Below, piece after piece: positions 28,311 to 37,491 of a stretch of 64,000 nucleotides of DNA (positions are counted from its first letter, which is position 1; every line of letters starts with the position of its first letter). Source of the DNA: Dehalococcoidia bacterium (GTDB lineage Bacteria > Chloroflexota > Dehalococcoidia > UBA2979); the NCBI GenBank assembly GCA_963667465.2, contig CAXXDN010000001.1, positions 800,001 to 864,000 of the forward strand, in the 5' to 3' direction. The translations under genes and the position numbers were made by a program. Below the pieces are notes generated by a model. That model was not told the DNA's origin. It was given only the letters and a program-made list of their open reading frames with translations, and did no database searches.

Positions 28311-29541
28311 GCCGGAGGCGCCGACCGTCGCACCAGCGGTCGCTCCGCTCTACCCGCCGGTCGACTTCCCGGATGACCCAGCCCTGCCCGATCTGCCCGG
28401 GCTCTACGACCCCGAGTGGATCTGGTGCGCGTACGAGCAGCGGAACGGTCGGCAGGAGGTCAGCCCGCAGCGGATTCGCGTTCGCGAGCTGAGCCACAGC
28501 CCGGGCCGAACGGCCCAGGTCAGCTACGAGGCGCAGTGGCACGAGGACGACTATCTGCCCTCGCAAGTCTTCACGATCAGGGTCGAGCGCGACCAGCCGG
28601 CGGAGCTGTTCCAGTACCCCGATGACCGCACCTTGCCCGGCCTCGCCGAGGCCGCTCACGCCGACGGTGCGCTGCGGCTGCTCAACCAGCACGTGCTGGC
28701 GATCCCGGCGCGGCGAGTGCGCGTGGAGCTGGTTCGCTACCGCCCGGCGAGCCGGGCCGTGCTGCGCCACCGCGTGGGCAAGGCGCGCTTCTACGCGCGA
28801 GCGATGCGCCCCGACGCGGTAGAGCCGCTGCTCGCGGCCAGGAATCTCGCCGGGCGCTCGCGGTTTGTCGTGCCGAGGCTCGCTGGCCACTGGCGGGACG
28901 GCGCCGTGCTGTGGATGTCGGAGATTCCGGGCAGGAACCTCCGGCAGCGGATCCGCGCCGGCAAGGGGCCGGACCCCGGCGCGCTACTCGACGCGATCGA
29001 GAGCCTCTGGGCTGCGCCCCACGGGACGGGGGACGGGCGTCCCTTCAACCTCGCGGGCGCCTATCGCAGGGCGAAACGAAGCTTCAGGGACAAGGCCCGC
29101 GACGACGATGCGTCGCTGCGCGAGCTCAAGGCGGCTGTGAGGGTGCTCGATCCGTTCGTCGAAGCCTGGGAGCCCTCCGGGACCGCCCACAACGACTTCT
29201 ATGACGACCAGATGCTGGTCCTGCCCGACGGCCGGATTGCGCTGGTCGATTTCGAGGAGGCGGGACCGGGCGATCCACTGCTCGACGTGGGCAACTTCCT
29301 CGCGCACCTGCGCTGGGCCTCGCACTTCGGGCGCAGGCGTGACGCACCGGCGGCCGGTGCGTACCACGCAGACTTCCGGCAGGCTGCGCTCGATCGATTC
29401 GAGTGGAGCGAACGCGATCTCGCCTTGCGCGAGGCGGTATGTCTGTTCCGCGTCTGCACGAACGCGATCCGCCATCCCCGGCAAGACTGGCGCGCCCAGC
29501 TCCGGAAGGGCCTCTCGCTGGTGAACGAAACCCTGGCCTGA
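28282..29541 (+). CDS. APH/choline-kinase-like phosphotransferase
   Basis: HNDFYDDQ Brenner-like motif, LVDFEE, GDPLLDVGNFLAH. GTG start (28282 or 28291) overlaps the repeat gene; the longer track ORF is an off-frame read of the repeats. Confidence 0.8.
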   Translation: MTTVATSAAEPEAPTVAPAVAPLYPPVDFPDDPALPDLPGLYDPEWIWCAYEQRNGRQEVSPQRIRVRELSHSPGRTAQVSYEAQWHEDDYLPSQVFTIRVERDQPAELFQYPDDRTLPGLAEAAHADGALRLLNQHVLAIPARRVRVELVRYRPASRAVLRHRVGKARFYARAMRPDAVEPLLAARNLAGRSRFVVPRLAGHWRDGAVLWMSEIPGRNLRQRIRAGKGPDPGALLDAIESLWAAPHGTGDGRPFNLAGAYRRAKRSFRDKARDDDASLRELKAAVRVLDPFVEAWEPSGTAHNDFYDDQMLVLPDGRIALVDFEEAGPGDPLLDVGNFLAHLRWASHFGRRRDAPAAGAYHADFRQAALDRFEWSERDLALREAVCLFRVCTNAIRHPRQDWRAQLRKGLSLVNETLA

Positions 29542-29574
29542 GAGCGACAGGCGCTCGCCGCGCCGCGCCGCCCG

Positions 29575-30576
29575 CTACTGCGTTGCCGCGCCGCCCCCGG
29601 GGATGCCGCCGGCCGCGAGGTCGATCTCCAGCGTCAGCTCCGCGCCGTCGCGCAGCAGCACGACCTCGATCGTGCCGCCGCCGGGGTTAAACGAGCGCAG
29701 CAGCGCGTCGAGGCCGGCGATGCTCCAGAGCGGGCGGCCCGCCATCGAGACCAGCAGGTCGCCGGGGAGGATCCCGCCCGCGTCCGCGGGTGAGCCGGGG
29801 AAGACCGCGAACACGCGCAGCCCGTCCGCTGTCTCCTCGACCAGCTCGCCGAGCAGTGAGGGCGGCAGGTCCGGGCCGCCCGGAGCGCCCTGCAGCACCA
29901 GCGCGAGCGCCATGGCGCGCAGCAGCTCCGCGCGCCAGGCGTCGCCTTCGGACGCCGCCTCGCGCTCGAGGTCCACCAGCCCGGGCGCACCGCCGCGCCT
30001 GACCGTCAGCACATAGGCCGCGCCCTCGGCGACGGCCTCGATGGCGGCGCGCAGCTCCGCGTCACTCGCGACGGGCGTGTCGTCGACTGCGGTGATCTGG
30101 TCGCCCTCGACAAGGCCCGCGCGCTCGGCGGGCGAGCCGGGGAGGACGGCGACGACCGTTCCCGAGCCTCCCAGCTCGGCAATGATCACGCCCAGCAGTA
30201 GGTCGGCGCCGAGTGTGTCGAACAGCGCCCGCAACACCGGCGGCAGCGCGTCGATCGAGCCCGAGAACAGCTCGGAATCAGGATCGCTCATCGCGTCGAG
30301 CAGCAGGCGAATCACCTGCGCCTGTTGCTCGGGCGGCAGCAGGCTTTCGCCGTCGCCGGACGGCGGCCCCGCAGCCGTCGGCGTGGCGGTGGCCGTGCGT
30401 GCAGCGGGCGTTGGCGAGGGCGACGGGGCCGGGCTGGGTGTAGCTGTCGGCGTCGCTGTGAGCGAGGGCGTCGCGGCCGGTTCGACCTCGTCGTCGCCGG
30501 AGCAGCCGGGGAAGGTCGCGAGCGCCGCTGCCAGAGCGAGCGCCGCGAACGCGCCGAGCCGTGGGGCATTGCGCAT
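29575..30576 (-). CDS. Lipoprotein with Pro/Thr linker and two PDZ domains
   Basis: FPGC lipobox-like; VLPGSPAERAGL..GDQI and VFPGSPADAGGI.PGDLL. Confidence 0.8.
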   Translation of the reverse strand: MRNAPRLGAFAALALAAALATFPGCSGDDEVEPAATPSLTATPTATPSPAPSPSPTPAARTATATPTAAGPPSGDGESLLPPEQQAQVIRLLLDAMSDPDSELFSGSIDALPPVLRALFDTLGADLLLGVIIAELGGSGTVVAVLPGSPAERAGLVEGDQITAVDDTPVASDAELRAAIEAVAEGAAYVLTVRRGGAPGLVDLEREAASEGDAWRAELLRAMALALVLQGAPGGPDLPPSLLGELVEETADGLRVFAVFPGSPADAGGILPGDLLVSMAGRPLWSIAGLDALLRSFNPGGGTIEVVLLRDGAELTLEIDLAAGGIPGGGAATQ

Positions 30577-30620
30577 CGCCGTGGTCCTTCCTCGGGGCCC
30601 CGGCGAATCGCCCGCCGGGA

Positions 30621-30806
30621 CTACTCTTGCGGGCCGTAGCGGGCGGCCCGCTGGTCCGCCTTGTGCTCGTTGATGACGAGCACCGCATGGATGACCCCGG
30701 GGATCCAGCCCGCGACGGTCAGCACCAGATTGAGCAGCGACAGCCAGGGGCGCCCTACTGCCAGCACCGCGATCGGCGGCGCGATGATCGCGAGGAAGTA
30801 GAGCAT
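30621..30806 (-). CDS. YqaE/Pmp3 small membrane protein
   Basis: MLYFLAIIAPPIAVL...LLNLVLT..GWIPGVIHA. Confidence 0.9.
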   Translation of the reverse strand: MLYFLAIIAPPIAVLAVGRPWLSLLNLVLTVAGWIPGVIHAVLVINEHKADQRAARYGPQE

Positions 30807-30811
30807 CGCGC

Positions 30812-32296
30812 CTAGCCCTCGCCGAGCACGGCCTCGGCGGCGGCGCGCCCGGCCGTGCGGCCGAAGACCGCGCCGGACATCAGGCCCGTTCCGCCGGCGT
30901 AGTTGTGGTAGAAGAGCCCGCCGACCAGCTCGCCGGCGGCGTAGAGGCCGGGAATCGCCTCGAGCTCCGTGTCCAGCACCTGCGCGCTGCGGTGGTCGAT
31001 GCGCAGACCGCCGAAGGTGAACGTGATGCCGCAGGTGACGGCCACGCCGAAGTAGGGCGGCTCGTCGAGCGGGATCGCCCAGTTCGACTTCGGCGGCTCG
31101 ATGCCCTCGGTGCTGACGCCGTCGAGGGCGGCCGGGTTGAACTCGCCCGGCTGGCAGGCGGCGTTGAACGCGGCGACCGTGCGCTCCAGCCCCTCGCGAT
31201 CGATGCCGAGGTCGTCGGCCAGCTCGCCGATGGTCTGGCCCTCGCCCTTCGTGATCTCGCGGATGCGGTACTCGTCGCGCAGGATCGGCACCGTCTTCTG
31301 GTCGAAGAGCTGGAAGGCTACGCCGTAGGGCTGGCGCAGGATCTCGCGCCCGTACTTGGCGTAGGTGTAGTTGCGCATGTCCGCGCCCTCGTCGACGAAG
31401 CGCTCGCCCTCGATGTTGACGATCAGGCCCAGCGGGTAGGAGTGTTTCTGGTAGAGGTCGCCGACGATGCGGTTGCCGGTCGGCGGCGCGTTCAGATCCC
31501 AGGCGACCGCGTGTCCCGAGGACCAGTGGCCGTGCGACTGCGCGCCCACGTCGAGGGCCATGCGGATGCCCTCGCCGGTGTTGTGACGGGTGCCGCGCAC
31601 CTTCGCCAGCTCCCAGCCGGGGCCCATGTAGCGGGTGCGCATCTCCGTGTTCGCCTCGAAGCCGCCGGCGGCCATCACGACGGCGCGCGCGTCGATGGTC
31701 TCGAGGCCGTCGGGGCCGCGCGCCTGCACGCCGCGCACGCTGCCGGCGTCGTCCATGACGAGGCCGACGGCCTTCGTGCCGTAGCGCACGTCGACGCCGT
31801 GGTGGTCGGCGGCGGCGAAGAGCGAGTCGGAGAGGCCCTTGCCGGCGCCGACGGCCTCGACGATCAGGCCGCCCCAGAAGCGCAGCTTGCCCTCCACCTC
31901 GTAGGCCTGGCGCCCATACATCAGCACCCAGCGCACATCGAGGCGCTCGCGCATCCACTGCATGGTGTCGAAGGAGTTGCGTACCAGGTGGTCGGTCAAC
32001 TGCTCGTCGGCGAGGCCTTCGCTGACGCGCATCAGGTCCTCGCGCATCGCGGCCTCGGTGTACTCGCCGACCTCGATGCGGTCGAGTTCGCTCTCGGTGA
32101 GGTCGGGGATGAGCGTGACGATGTCGTCGATGCCGTTGTAGGGGAAGCGGAAGCCGCCGCCGGTGAAGAAGGTATTGCCGCCGCGCTCATCCTCGCTGGC
32201 CTTCTCAAGGACGAGCACGCTCGCGCCCGCTTCCTGCGCCGCCAGCGCCGCGCAGAGCGCCGCGTTTCCGGCGCCGACGACCACCACGTCGTGCAT
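30812..32296 (-). CDS. tcuA: FAD-dependent tricarballylate dehydrogenase-like flavoprotein
   Basis: VVGAGNAALCAA, RGGNT.F, GGFEAN, RGT..NTG, GITFTFGG, NY.GGTGL. Confidence 0.85.
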   Translation of the reverse strand: MHDVVVVGAGNAALCAALAAQEAGASVLVLEKASEDERGGNTFFTGGGFRFPYNGIDDIVTLIPDLTESELDRIEVGEYTEAAMREDLMRVSEGLADEQLTDHLVRNSFDTMQWMRERLDVRWVLMYGRQAYEVEGKLRFWGGLIVEAVGAGKGLSDSLFAAADHHGVDVRYGTKAVGLVMDDAGSVRGVQARGPDGLETIDARAVVMAAGGFEANTEMRTRYMGPGWELAKVRGTRHNTGEGIRMALDVGAQSHGHWSSGHAVAWDLNAPPTGNRIVGDLYQKHSYPLGLIVNIEGERFVDEGADMRNYTYAKYGREILRQPYGVAFQLFDQKTVPILRDEYRIREITKGEGQTIGELADDLGIDREGLERTVAAFNAACQPGEFNPAALDGVSTEGIEPPKSNWAIPLDEPPYFGVAVTCGITFTFGGLRIDHRSAQVLDTELEAIPGLYAAGELVGGLFYHNYAGGTGLMSGAVFGRTAGRAAAEAVLGEG

Positions 32297-32399
32297 CTCG
32301 CCCCCAGCCGTTTCGCGCGCCCTCGCGGCGCGCGCTCCATGCTACCACCGGCGCGGGTTTGGGCCGGGGATGGCGGGCGTGGGCTGCGGCACTGGACGG

Positions 32400-32607
32400 A
32401 TGCTCGCTGCGTACGCCGAGCGCGAGGGCGAAGCGCTCGGGACGGACTACGAAGTCGTGCTGTTCTACGGCGAGTCCGAGGACGACCTGCGGAAGACACA
32501 CTCCCGCTACTTCATCAAGCGGAAGCGCACCGGGAACGGGGGAGTCCCTCGATCTTGATCAGATCGGAGCGCTCATTGAAGAGTTGAGGAGCGTCGCGAC
32601 CGCCTGA
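32400..32607 (+). pseudogene. Possible gene remnant
   Basis: YAERE...EVVLFYGESEDDLRKTHSRYF resembles, from memory, C-termini of RelA/SpoT-domain proteins; no N-terminal part is present. Confidence 0.3.
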
Positions 32608-32756
32608 CGGCCCAGCCTGCCTGGCGCCAGATCCCCGTCGCCCCGCGACCCCGACCGCCCCAACGCCTACCTCGCGCGGCGCGCCTCCGGTAGGCTGTCT
32701 CGCGACCAGCGAGGCAACCGACCCGGACCCGGTGGACCGGCAGCGGAGGAGCGACG

Positions 32757-34034
32757 ATGGCGCCCGGTGCGCTCGATGGCGTGCGCGTGCTCGAGTTCTC
32801 GCAGATCGCCGCGGGTCCCTACTGCGGCGTCAATCTCTCCGACCTCGGCGCCGACGTCGTCAAGGTCGAGCCGCGCGAGGGTGAGCACTACCGCAACGTC
32901 GGCGCCGTCGTCCCCCGCGAGGGCAAGCGCTTCCAGTCCCTTAACCGCGGCAAGCGCGCCGTGGCGATCGACCTCAAGAGCGAGCGCGGCCAGGCCGTGC
33001 TGCACCGCCTGGTTCCGCGCTTCGATGTGCTGATGCACAACATGCGGCCCGGCGTCCCGGAACGCCTCGGCGTCGGCTACGAGCAACTCGCCGCCCTCCA
33101 CCCCGGCCTCATCTACTGCGAGATCAGCGCCTACGGCAGCGAGGGCCCTCGCGCCTTCGATCCGGCCACCGACGGCGCGATGACCGCCTACAGCGGCCTG
33201 ATGTCCGTGATCGGCCGCGTCGACCACGAGGGCACCCCGCAGTACACCCGCCCGCCGATCGTCGACTACGCAACCGGGCTGACCTCGGCGATGGCGATCG
33301 CGAGTGCGCTCTACCACCGCGAACGCACGGGCACGGGGCAGTTGATCCAGGCCTCGATGCTGCGCACCGCGCTCTCGCTGCTCGACTACCACGTGATGGA
33401 CGAGCCGGTCAGCGACTCCGTGACACGTGACCCGATGCTCGCTGAGATCGAGGAGGCGCGAACCGCCGGCAAGCCCTACCGCGACCAGATGGCGATCCGC
33501 GATCGCCATCGCATCACCGAGGCCGGCCCGCCGCGCCTCTACTACCGCTCCTATCAGGCGAAGGACGGCGCGATCGCCCTCGGCTGCCTCACGCCGCCGC
33601 TGCGCGCCGCCGCCCGCGCCGTGCTCGGCGTCGACGACGACGGCGACAGCCCCGACTACGACTCGACGGACCCGGAGAACGAGACGCGCTTCGAGCAGTG
33701 GAAGTCGCAGATCGAGCGCATGATGCGCGAGTACACCGTCGCGGAGTGGATGGAGCGCTTCGAGGAGGGCGGCGTACCGGCCTCGCCGGTGCGTTTCCCC
33801 GAGGACCTGCCGGAGGACGAGCAGGTCAAGGAGCTCGGCCTGATGTGGGACCTCGAACACCCGATCACCGGGCCGCAGCGCGTCGCGGGGCCGGTGGTGC
33901 AGATGTCGGAGACACCGACAGCCGTGCACGGCCCGGCCCCGGCCTACGCCGCCGACACCGACCAGGTGCTGCTGGAGCACGGCTTCAGCGTCCGCGAACT
34001 CACCTCGCTGCGTGAGGCGGACGTCATCGCATAG
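32757..34034 (+). CDS. CoA-transferase family III
   Basis: EFSQIAAGP, LGADVVKVEP, LNRGKR, PIVD. Confidence 0.92.
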   Translation: MAPGALDGVRVLEFSQIAAGPYCGVNLSDLGADVVKVEPREGEHYRNVGAVVPREGKRFQSLNRGKRAVAIDLKSERGQAVLHRLVPRFDVLMHNMRPGVPERLGVGYEQLAALHPGLIYCEISAYGSEGPRAFDPATDGAMTAYSGLMSVIGRVDHEGTPQYTRPPIVDYATGLTSAMAIASALYHRERTGTGQLIQASMLRTALSLLDYHVMDEPVSDSVTRDPMLAEIEEARTAGKPYRDQMAIRDRHRITEAGPPRLYYRSYQAKDGAIALGCLTPPLRAAARAVLGVDDDGDSPDYDSTDPENETRFEQWKSQIERMMREYTVAEWMERFEEGGVPASPVRFPEDLPEDEQVKELGLMWDLEHPITGPQRVAGPVVQMSETPTAVHGPAPAYAADTDQVLLEHGFSVRELTSLREADVIA

Positions 34035-34090
34035 CACGCAATCGCACGAGAGCGCCGGAGGACGAGAGCGCCGGAGGACGGGAGCGAACG

Positions 34091-35332
34091 ATGGACTGGA
34101 GCGACAACGAGGAGCAGCAGGACTTTCGCGAGAAGGTCCGCAGCCTGATCGCCGAGCGCCTCCCGGCGCGCTACCGCAGCGGCGGCGTCAACGCGCATCG
34201 CCTCGAGCGCACCTGGGAGTTCGACCGCAAGTCCGAGGACCGCGATCGCCGCGAGGCCGCCGTTGCCTGGTCGGACGCCCTCGCCGAGCACAACTGGGTG
34301 GCGCCCCACTGGCCGGAGGAGTACGGCGGCGGCGGGCTCAGCTCGATGGAGCAGTTCATCCTCAAGCAGGAGCTGGCAAGCTCCGGCGCACCGGCGGTCG
34401 GCGGCTCCGGCACCAACATGCTCGGGCCGACGCTGATCCTCAACGGCACCGAGGAGCAGCGGCGCGAGCACCTGCCGCGCATCCTCTCCGGCGAGGTGAC
34501 CTGGGCGCAGGGCTTCTCCGAGCCGGGCGCGGGCTCGGACCTCGCCTCGCTCTCCACCAGCGCGCGCCGCGACGGTGACGACTACGTGATCAACGGGCAG
34601 AAGATCTGGACCTCGGCAGCCCACACCGCCGACTGGTTCTTCCTGCTCACCCGCACCGACCCCGCCGCGCCGAAGCACCGCGGCATCTCTTTCCTGCTCG
34701 TCGACGGCAAGACACCGGGGATCGGCGTCCAGCCGTTGGTCGACATGAGCGACGTGCACTACTTCAACGAGACCTTCTACGAGGAGGTGCAGACGCCCGT
34801 CTCCAACCTCGTCGGCGAGGAGAACCGCGGCTGGTACGTGGCGATGAACCTGCTCGACTTCGAGCGCTCCAACATCGAGGGCGCCGTCTCGATGCAGCGC
34901 GGCATCGAGAAGCTGCTCTCCTACTGTGCGAGCGAGGAGGGCGCTGCGAAGTCGCTGCTCGGGCGCGGCGGGACGCTGCGCACCGAGGTCGCCGACCGCT
35001 ACATCGAGACGGATGTGATGTTCCAGTTCTCGGCGCGCGTGATCTCGATCCAGGCGGCGGGAATGGTGCCGAACTACGAGGCCTCGACCTCGAAGTTGTT
35101 CAACTCGGAGCTGCTGCAGCGGCTCTCGGCGACGAGTATCAGGACGTTCGGGTTGTACGGGCAGCTCTGGGGGCAGGGCACGGAGGACGGGCCGCAGAGC
35201 GCCTACGCCGCGCAGGGCGGCGCGCCGCCCTACAACTACCTGCGCGCCGTCCCCGCCACGATCCGTGGCGGCACCTCCGAGGTGCAGCGCAACATCATCG
35301 CCACCCGCGGCCTCGGCCTGCCTCGGGGGTAG
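34091..35332 (+). CDS. Acyl-CoA dehydrogenase family protein
   Basis: QGFSEPGAGSDLAS, NGQKIWTS, FNE, TIRGGTSEVQRNII. Confidence 0.95.
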   Translation: MDWSDNEEQQDFREKVRSLIAERLPARYRSGGVNAHRLERTWEFDRKSEDRDRREAAVAWSDALAEHNWVAPHWPEEYGGGGLSSMEQFILKQELASSGAPAVGGSGTNMLGPTLILNGTEEQRREHLPRILSGEVTWAQGFSEPGAGSDLASLSTSARRDGDDYVINGQKIWTSAAHTADWFFLLTRTDPAAPKHRGISFLLVDGKTPGIGVQPLVDMSDVHYFNETFYEEVQTPVSNLVGEENRGWYVAMNLLDFERSNIEGAVSMQRGIEKLLSYCASEEGAAKSLLGRGGTLRTEVADRYIETDVMFQFSARVISIQAAGMVPNYEASTSKLFNSELLQRLSATSIRTFGLYGQLWGQGTEDGPQSAYAAQGGAPPYNYLRAVPATIRGGTSEVQRNIIATRGLGLPRG

Positions 35333-35349
35333 GCGGGGCGCCTCAACCT

Positions 35350-35440
35350 TCCGGCTCCCTCGCCCCTCGCGGGTAGGGCGGGTCGCTCACCCCTCCGGCT
35401 CCCTCGCCCCTTGCGGGAGAGGGTTGGGGTGAGGGGTAGC
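35350..35440 (-). repeat. REP palindromes
   Basis: GGGAGAGGGTTGGGGTGAGGGG, whose reverse complement matches the reconstituted empty site of IS copy 1 around the core. Confidence 0.8.
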
Positions 35441-35515
35441 GCACGTTCCGAGACGCGGTATCCTTTCGTCGCGGGGCGTACGGCTGGGGAGGTGCTCACC
35501 GTGTCGATCTGGCTC

Positions 35516-37327
35516 ATGACGCGCTCGAGGTTCCTCGCGTTGCTGCTGCTCGCCGCCGCGCTCGCCCTCGCCGCCTGCGGCGACGGCGACGATGAGGGCG
35601 ACGGGGATGAGCCCGACACGCCCGAGGCGATCGTCGGCTCGCTCAAGGAGAACGCCGCGGCGTTCGAGTACGAGATCGGAGAGCCGGGCGGCACGATCAC
35701 CTCGTCAACCATCGGCGAGCCGCTGACCTTCAACCTCGCGCTGGCGAATGATGCCTACTCAGCCGGCCTGCTTGGCCTGCTCTTCGACGGCTTGACCGAG
35801 GTCTCGTGGCTCACCGACGAGGCCGAGCCCTCGCTGGCCGAGTCCTGGGAGCACTCGGAGGACGGGCTGACCTGGACCTTCTCCCTGCGCCGCGATGTCA
35901 CCTGGCACGACGGCCAGCCGTTCACCGCCCACGACGTGGATTTCACCTTCAATCGCATCATCTACAACGAGGACATCCCGACGGATACCCGCGCGGCGTT
36001 CATCTTCCGCTTCCTCGAGGACGGCGAGTGGGTTGAGGACACGATGACCGTGACGGCGGTGGACGACTACACGGTGCGCTTCGTGCTGCCGACGTCGTTC
36101 GCGCCCTTCATCCGCTCGATGGGCACTGCGATCTACCCGCGCCACATCCTGGAGCCGCACGTCGACGACGGCACCTTCAACTCCGTCTGGGGCATCGATG
36201 CGGACCCGGCGACGGTGATCGGCACGGGGCCGTTCACCATCGAGAGCTACACCCCCGGCGAGCGCGTCGTGCTGCGGCGCAACCCGCACTACTGGCTGAA
36301 GGACGCCGAGGGCAACAGCCTCCCCTACATCGAGACCGTAGTGCATCTGCTCGTCGACGACATCGAGGCCGAGCTCGCTCTCTTCGAGGCGGGCGACACG
36401 GATGTGCACGGCGTCACAGGCGAGGAGTACGCGGGCCTCAAGCTGCTCGAGGACGAGGGCAACTTCACCATCTACCGGCGTGGCCCGGCCTTCGGGACCA
36501 CGTTCCTCGCCTTCAACCAGAACCCCGGCTCGAACGCCGAGCGCGGCGCGCCCTACGTCGCACCGGAGAAGCTCGCCTGGTTCAGCAACCAGCCGTTCCG
36601 CCGCGCCGTCGCGCACGCCATCGACAGGGACCGGATCGTAGCCGAGGTCATGCACGACCTCGGCTACCCGCAGTGGGCCGCGATCAGCCCGGCGGCGGGC
36701 GACTTCCACAACCCCGACGTGCGCAAGTACGAGTACGACGTCGAGGCGGCGAACGACATCCTCGACGGCCTCGGTTGGACGGACAGCGATGGCGACGGCG
36801 TGCGCGAGGACGGCGCGGGCAACCCGATCGAGTTCTCGCTGATCACGAACGAGGGCAACACCGTCCGCGAGCAGGTGGCGATGCGGATCGCCGAGGGGCT
36901 GGCCGCTCTCGGCCTCAAGGCGAACTACCAGGCGATCGACTTCGGCGACGTGGTCGAACGGCTGGTGACCTCGTACGAGTGGGAGGCGGTGGTGATCGGC
37001 CTGACGGGCGGCACGGAGCCGCACGACGGGATAGGCGTCTGGCACAGCAGCGCCGACCTGCACCTCTGGAATCCGAAGCAGGAGGCCGCGGCGACCGACT
37101 GGGAAGCGCAGATCGACGAGCTCTACATCCTCGGTAGCCAGGAACTGGATCGCGAGAAGCGGGTGGAGCACTACCGCCAGGCCCAGGCGATCGCCGCCGA
37201 GCAGGTGCCGCTGATCTACACGACGCTGCCCGAGCGCCTGAGCGCCGTGCGCAACGTCTTCGGCAACACCACCCCGACGCTCTACGGCCTCTGGGACATC
37301 CGCTACCTCTACCGCACGGACAACTGA
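35516..37327 (+). CDS. ABC transporter substrate-binding lipoprotein, family 5
   Basis: LAAC lipobox; LAESW...DGLTWTF.LR.DV.WHDG.PFTAHDV; GTGPF. No permease genes adjacent. Confidence 0.92.
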   Translation: MTRSRFLALLLLAAALALAACGDGDDEGDGDEPDTPEAIVGSLKENAAAFEYEIGEPGGTITSSTIGEPLTFNLALANDAYSAGLLGLLFDGLTEVSWLTDEAEPSLAESWEHSEDGLTWTFSLRRDVTWHDGQPFTAHDVDFTFNRIIYNEDIPTDTRAAFIFRFLEDGEWVEDTMTVTAVDDYTVRFVLPTSFAPFIRSMGTAIYPRHILEPHVDDGTFNSVWGIDADPATVIGTGPFTIESYTPGERVVLRRNPHYWLKDAEGNSLPYIETVVHLLVDDIEAELALFEAGDTDVHGVTGEEYAGLKLLEDEGNFTIYRRGPAFGTTFLAFNQNPGSNAERGAPYVAPEKLAWFSNQPFRRAVAHAIDRDRIVAEVMHDLGYPQWAAISPAAGDFHNPDVRKYEYDVEAANDILDGLGWTDSDGDGVREDGAGNPIEFSLITNEGNTVREQVAMRIAEGLAALGLKANYQAIDFGDVVERLVTSYEWEAVVIGLTGGTEPHDGIGVWHSSADLHLWNPKQEAAATDWEAQIDELYILGSQELDREKRVEHYRQAQAIAAEQVPLIYTTLPERLSAVRNVFGNTTPTLYGLWDIRYLYRTDN

Positions 37328-37491
37328 GGCTGGTGGCTACGGTGGGACGGGGGTCCAGCTTCCACAGCCGCGGCTGACGAAGCCGGCATCTGCAGCTGCG
37401 ATGTCCACGGTGCTGACGGCCCCGGGCTCGGCGCTGCCGGCCTCGATGGTCTCGGCCTCGGATCCGCCGAAGCCGCTCACCCGCCGCCGCG

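Noticed and set aside
34047-34080. 16-bp tandem duplication CGAGAGCGCCGGAGGA upstream of the acyl-CoA dehydrogenase
   Set aside because: Only two copies; most simply a slippage duplication with no sign of function.
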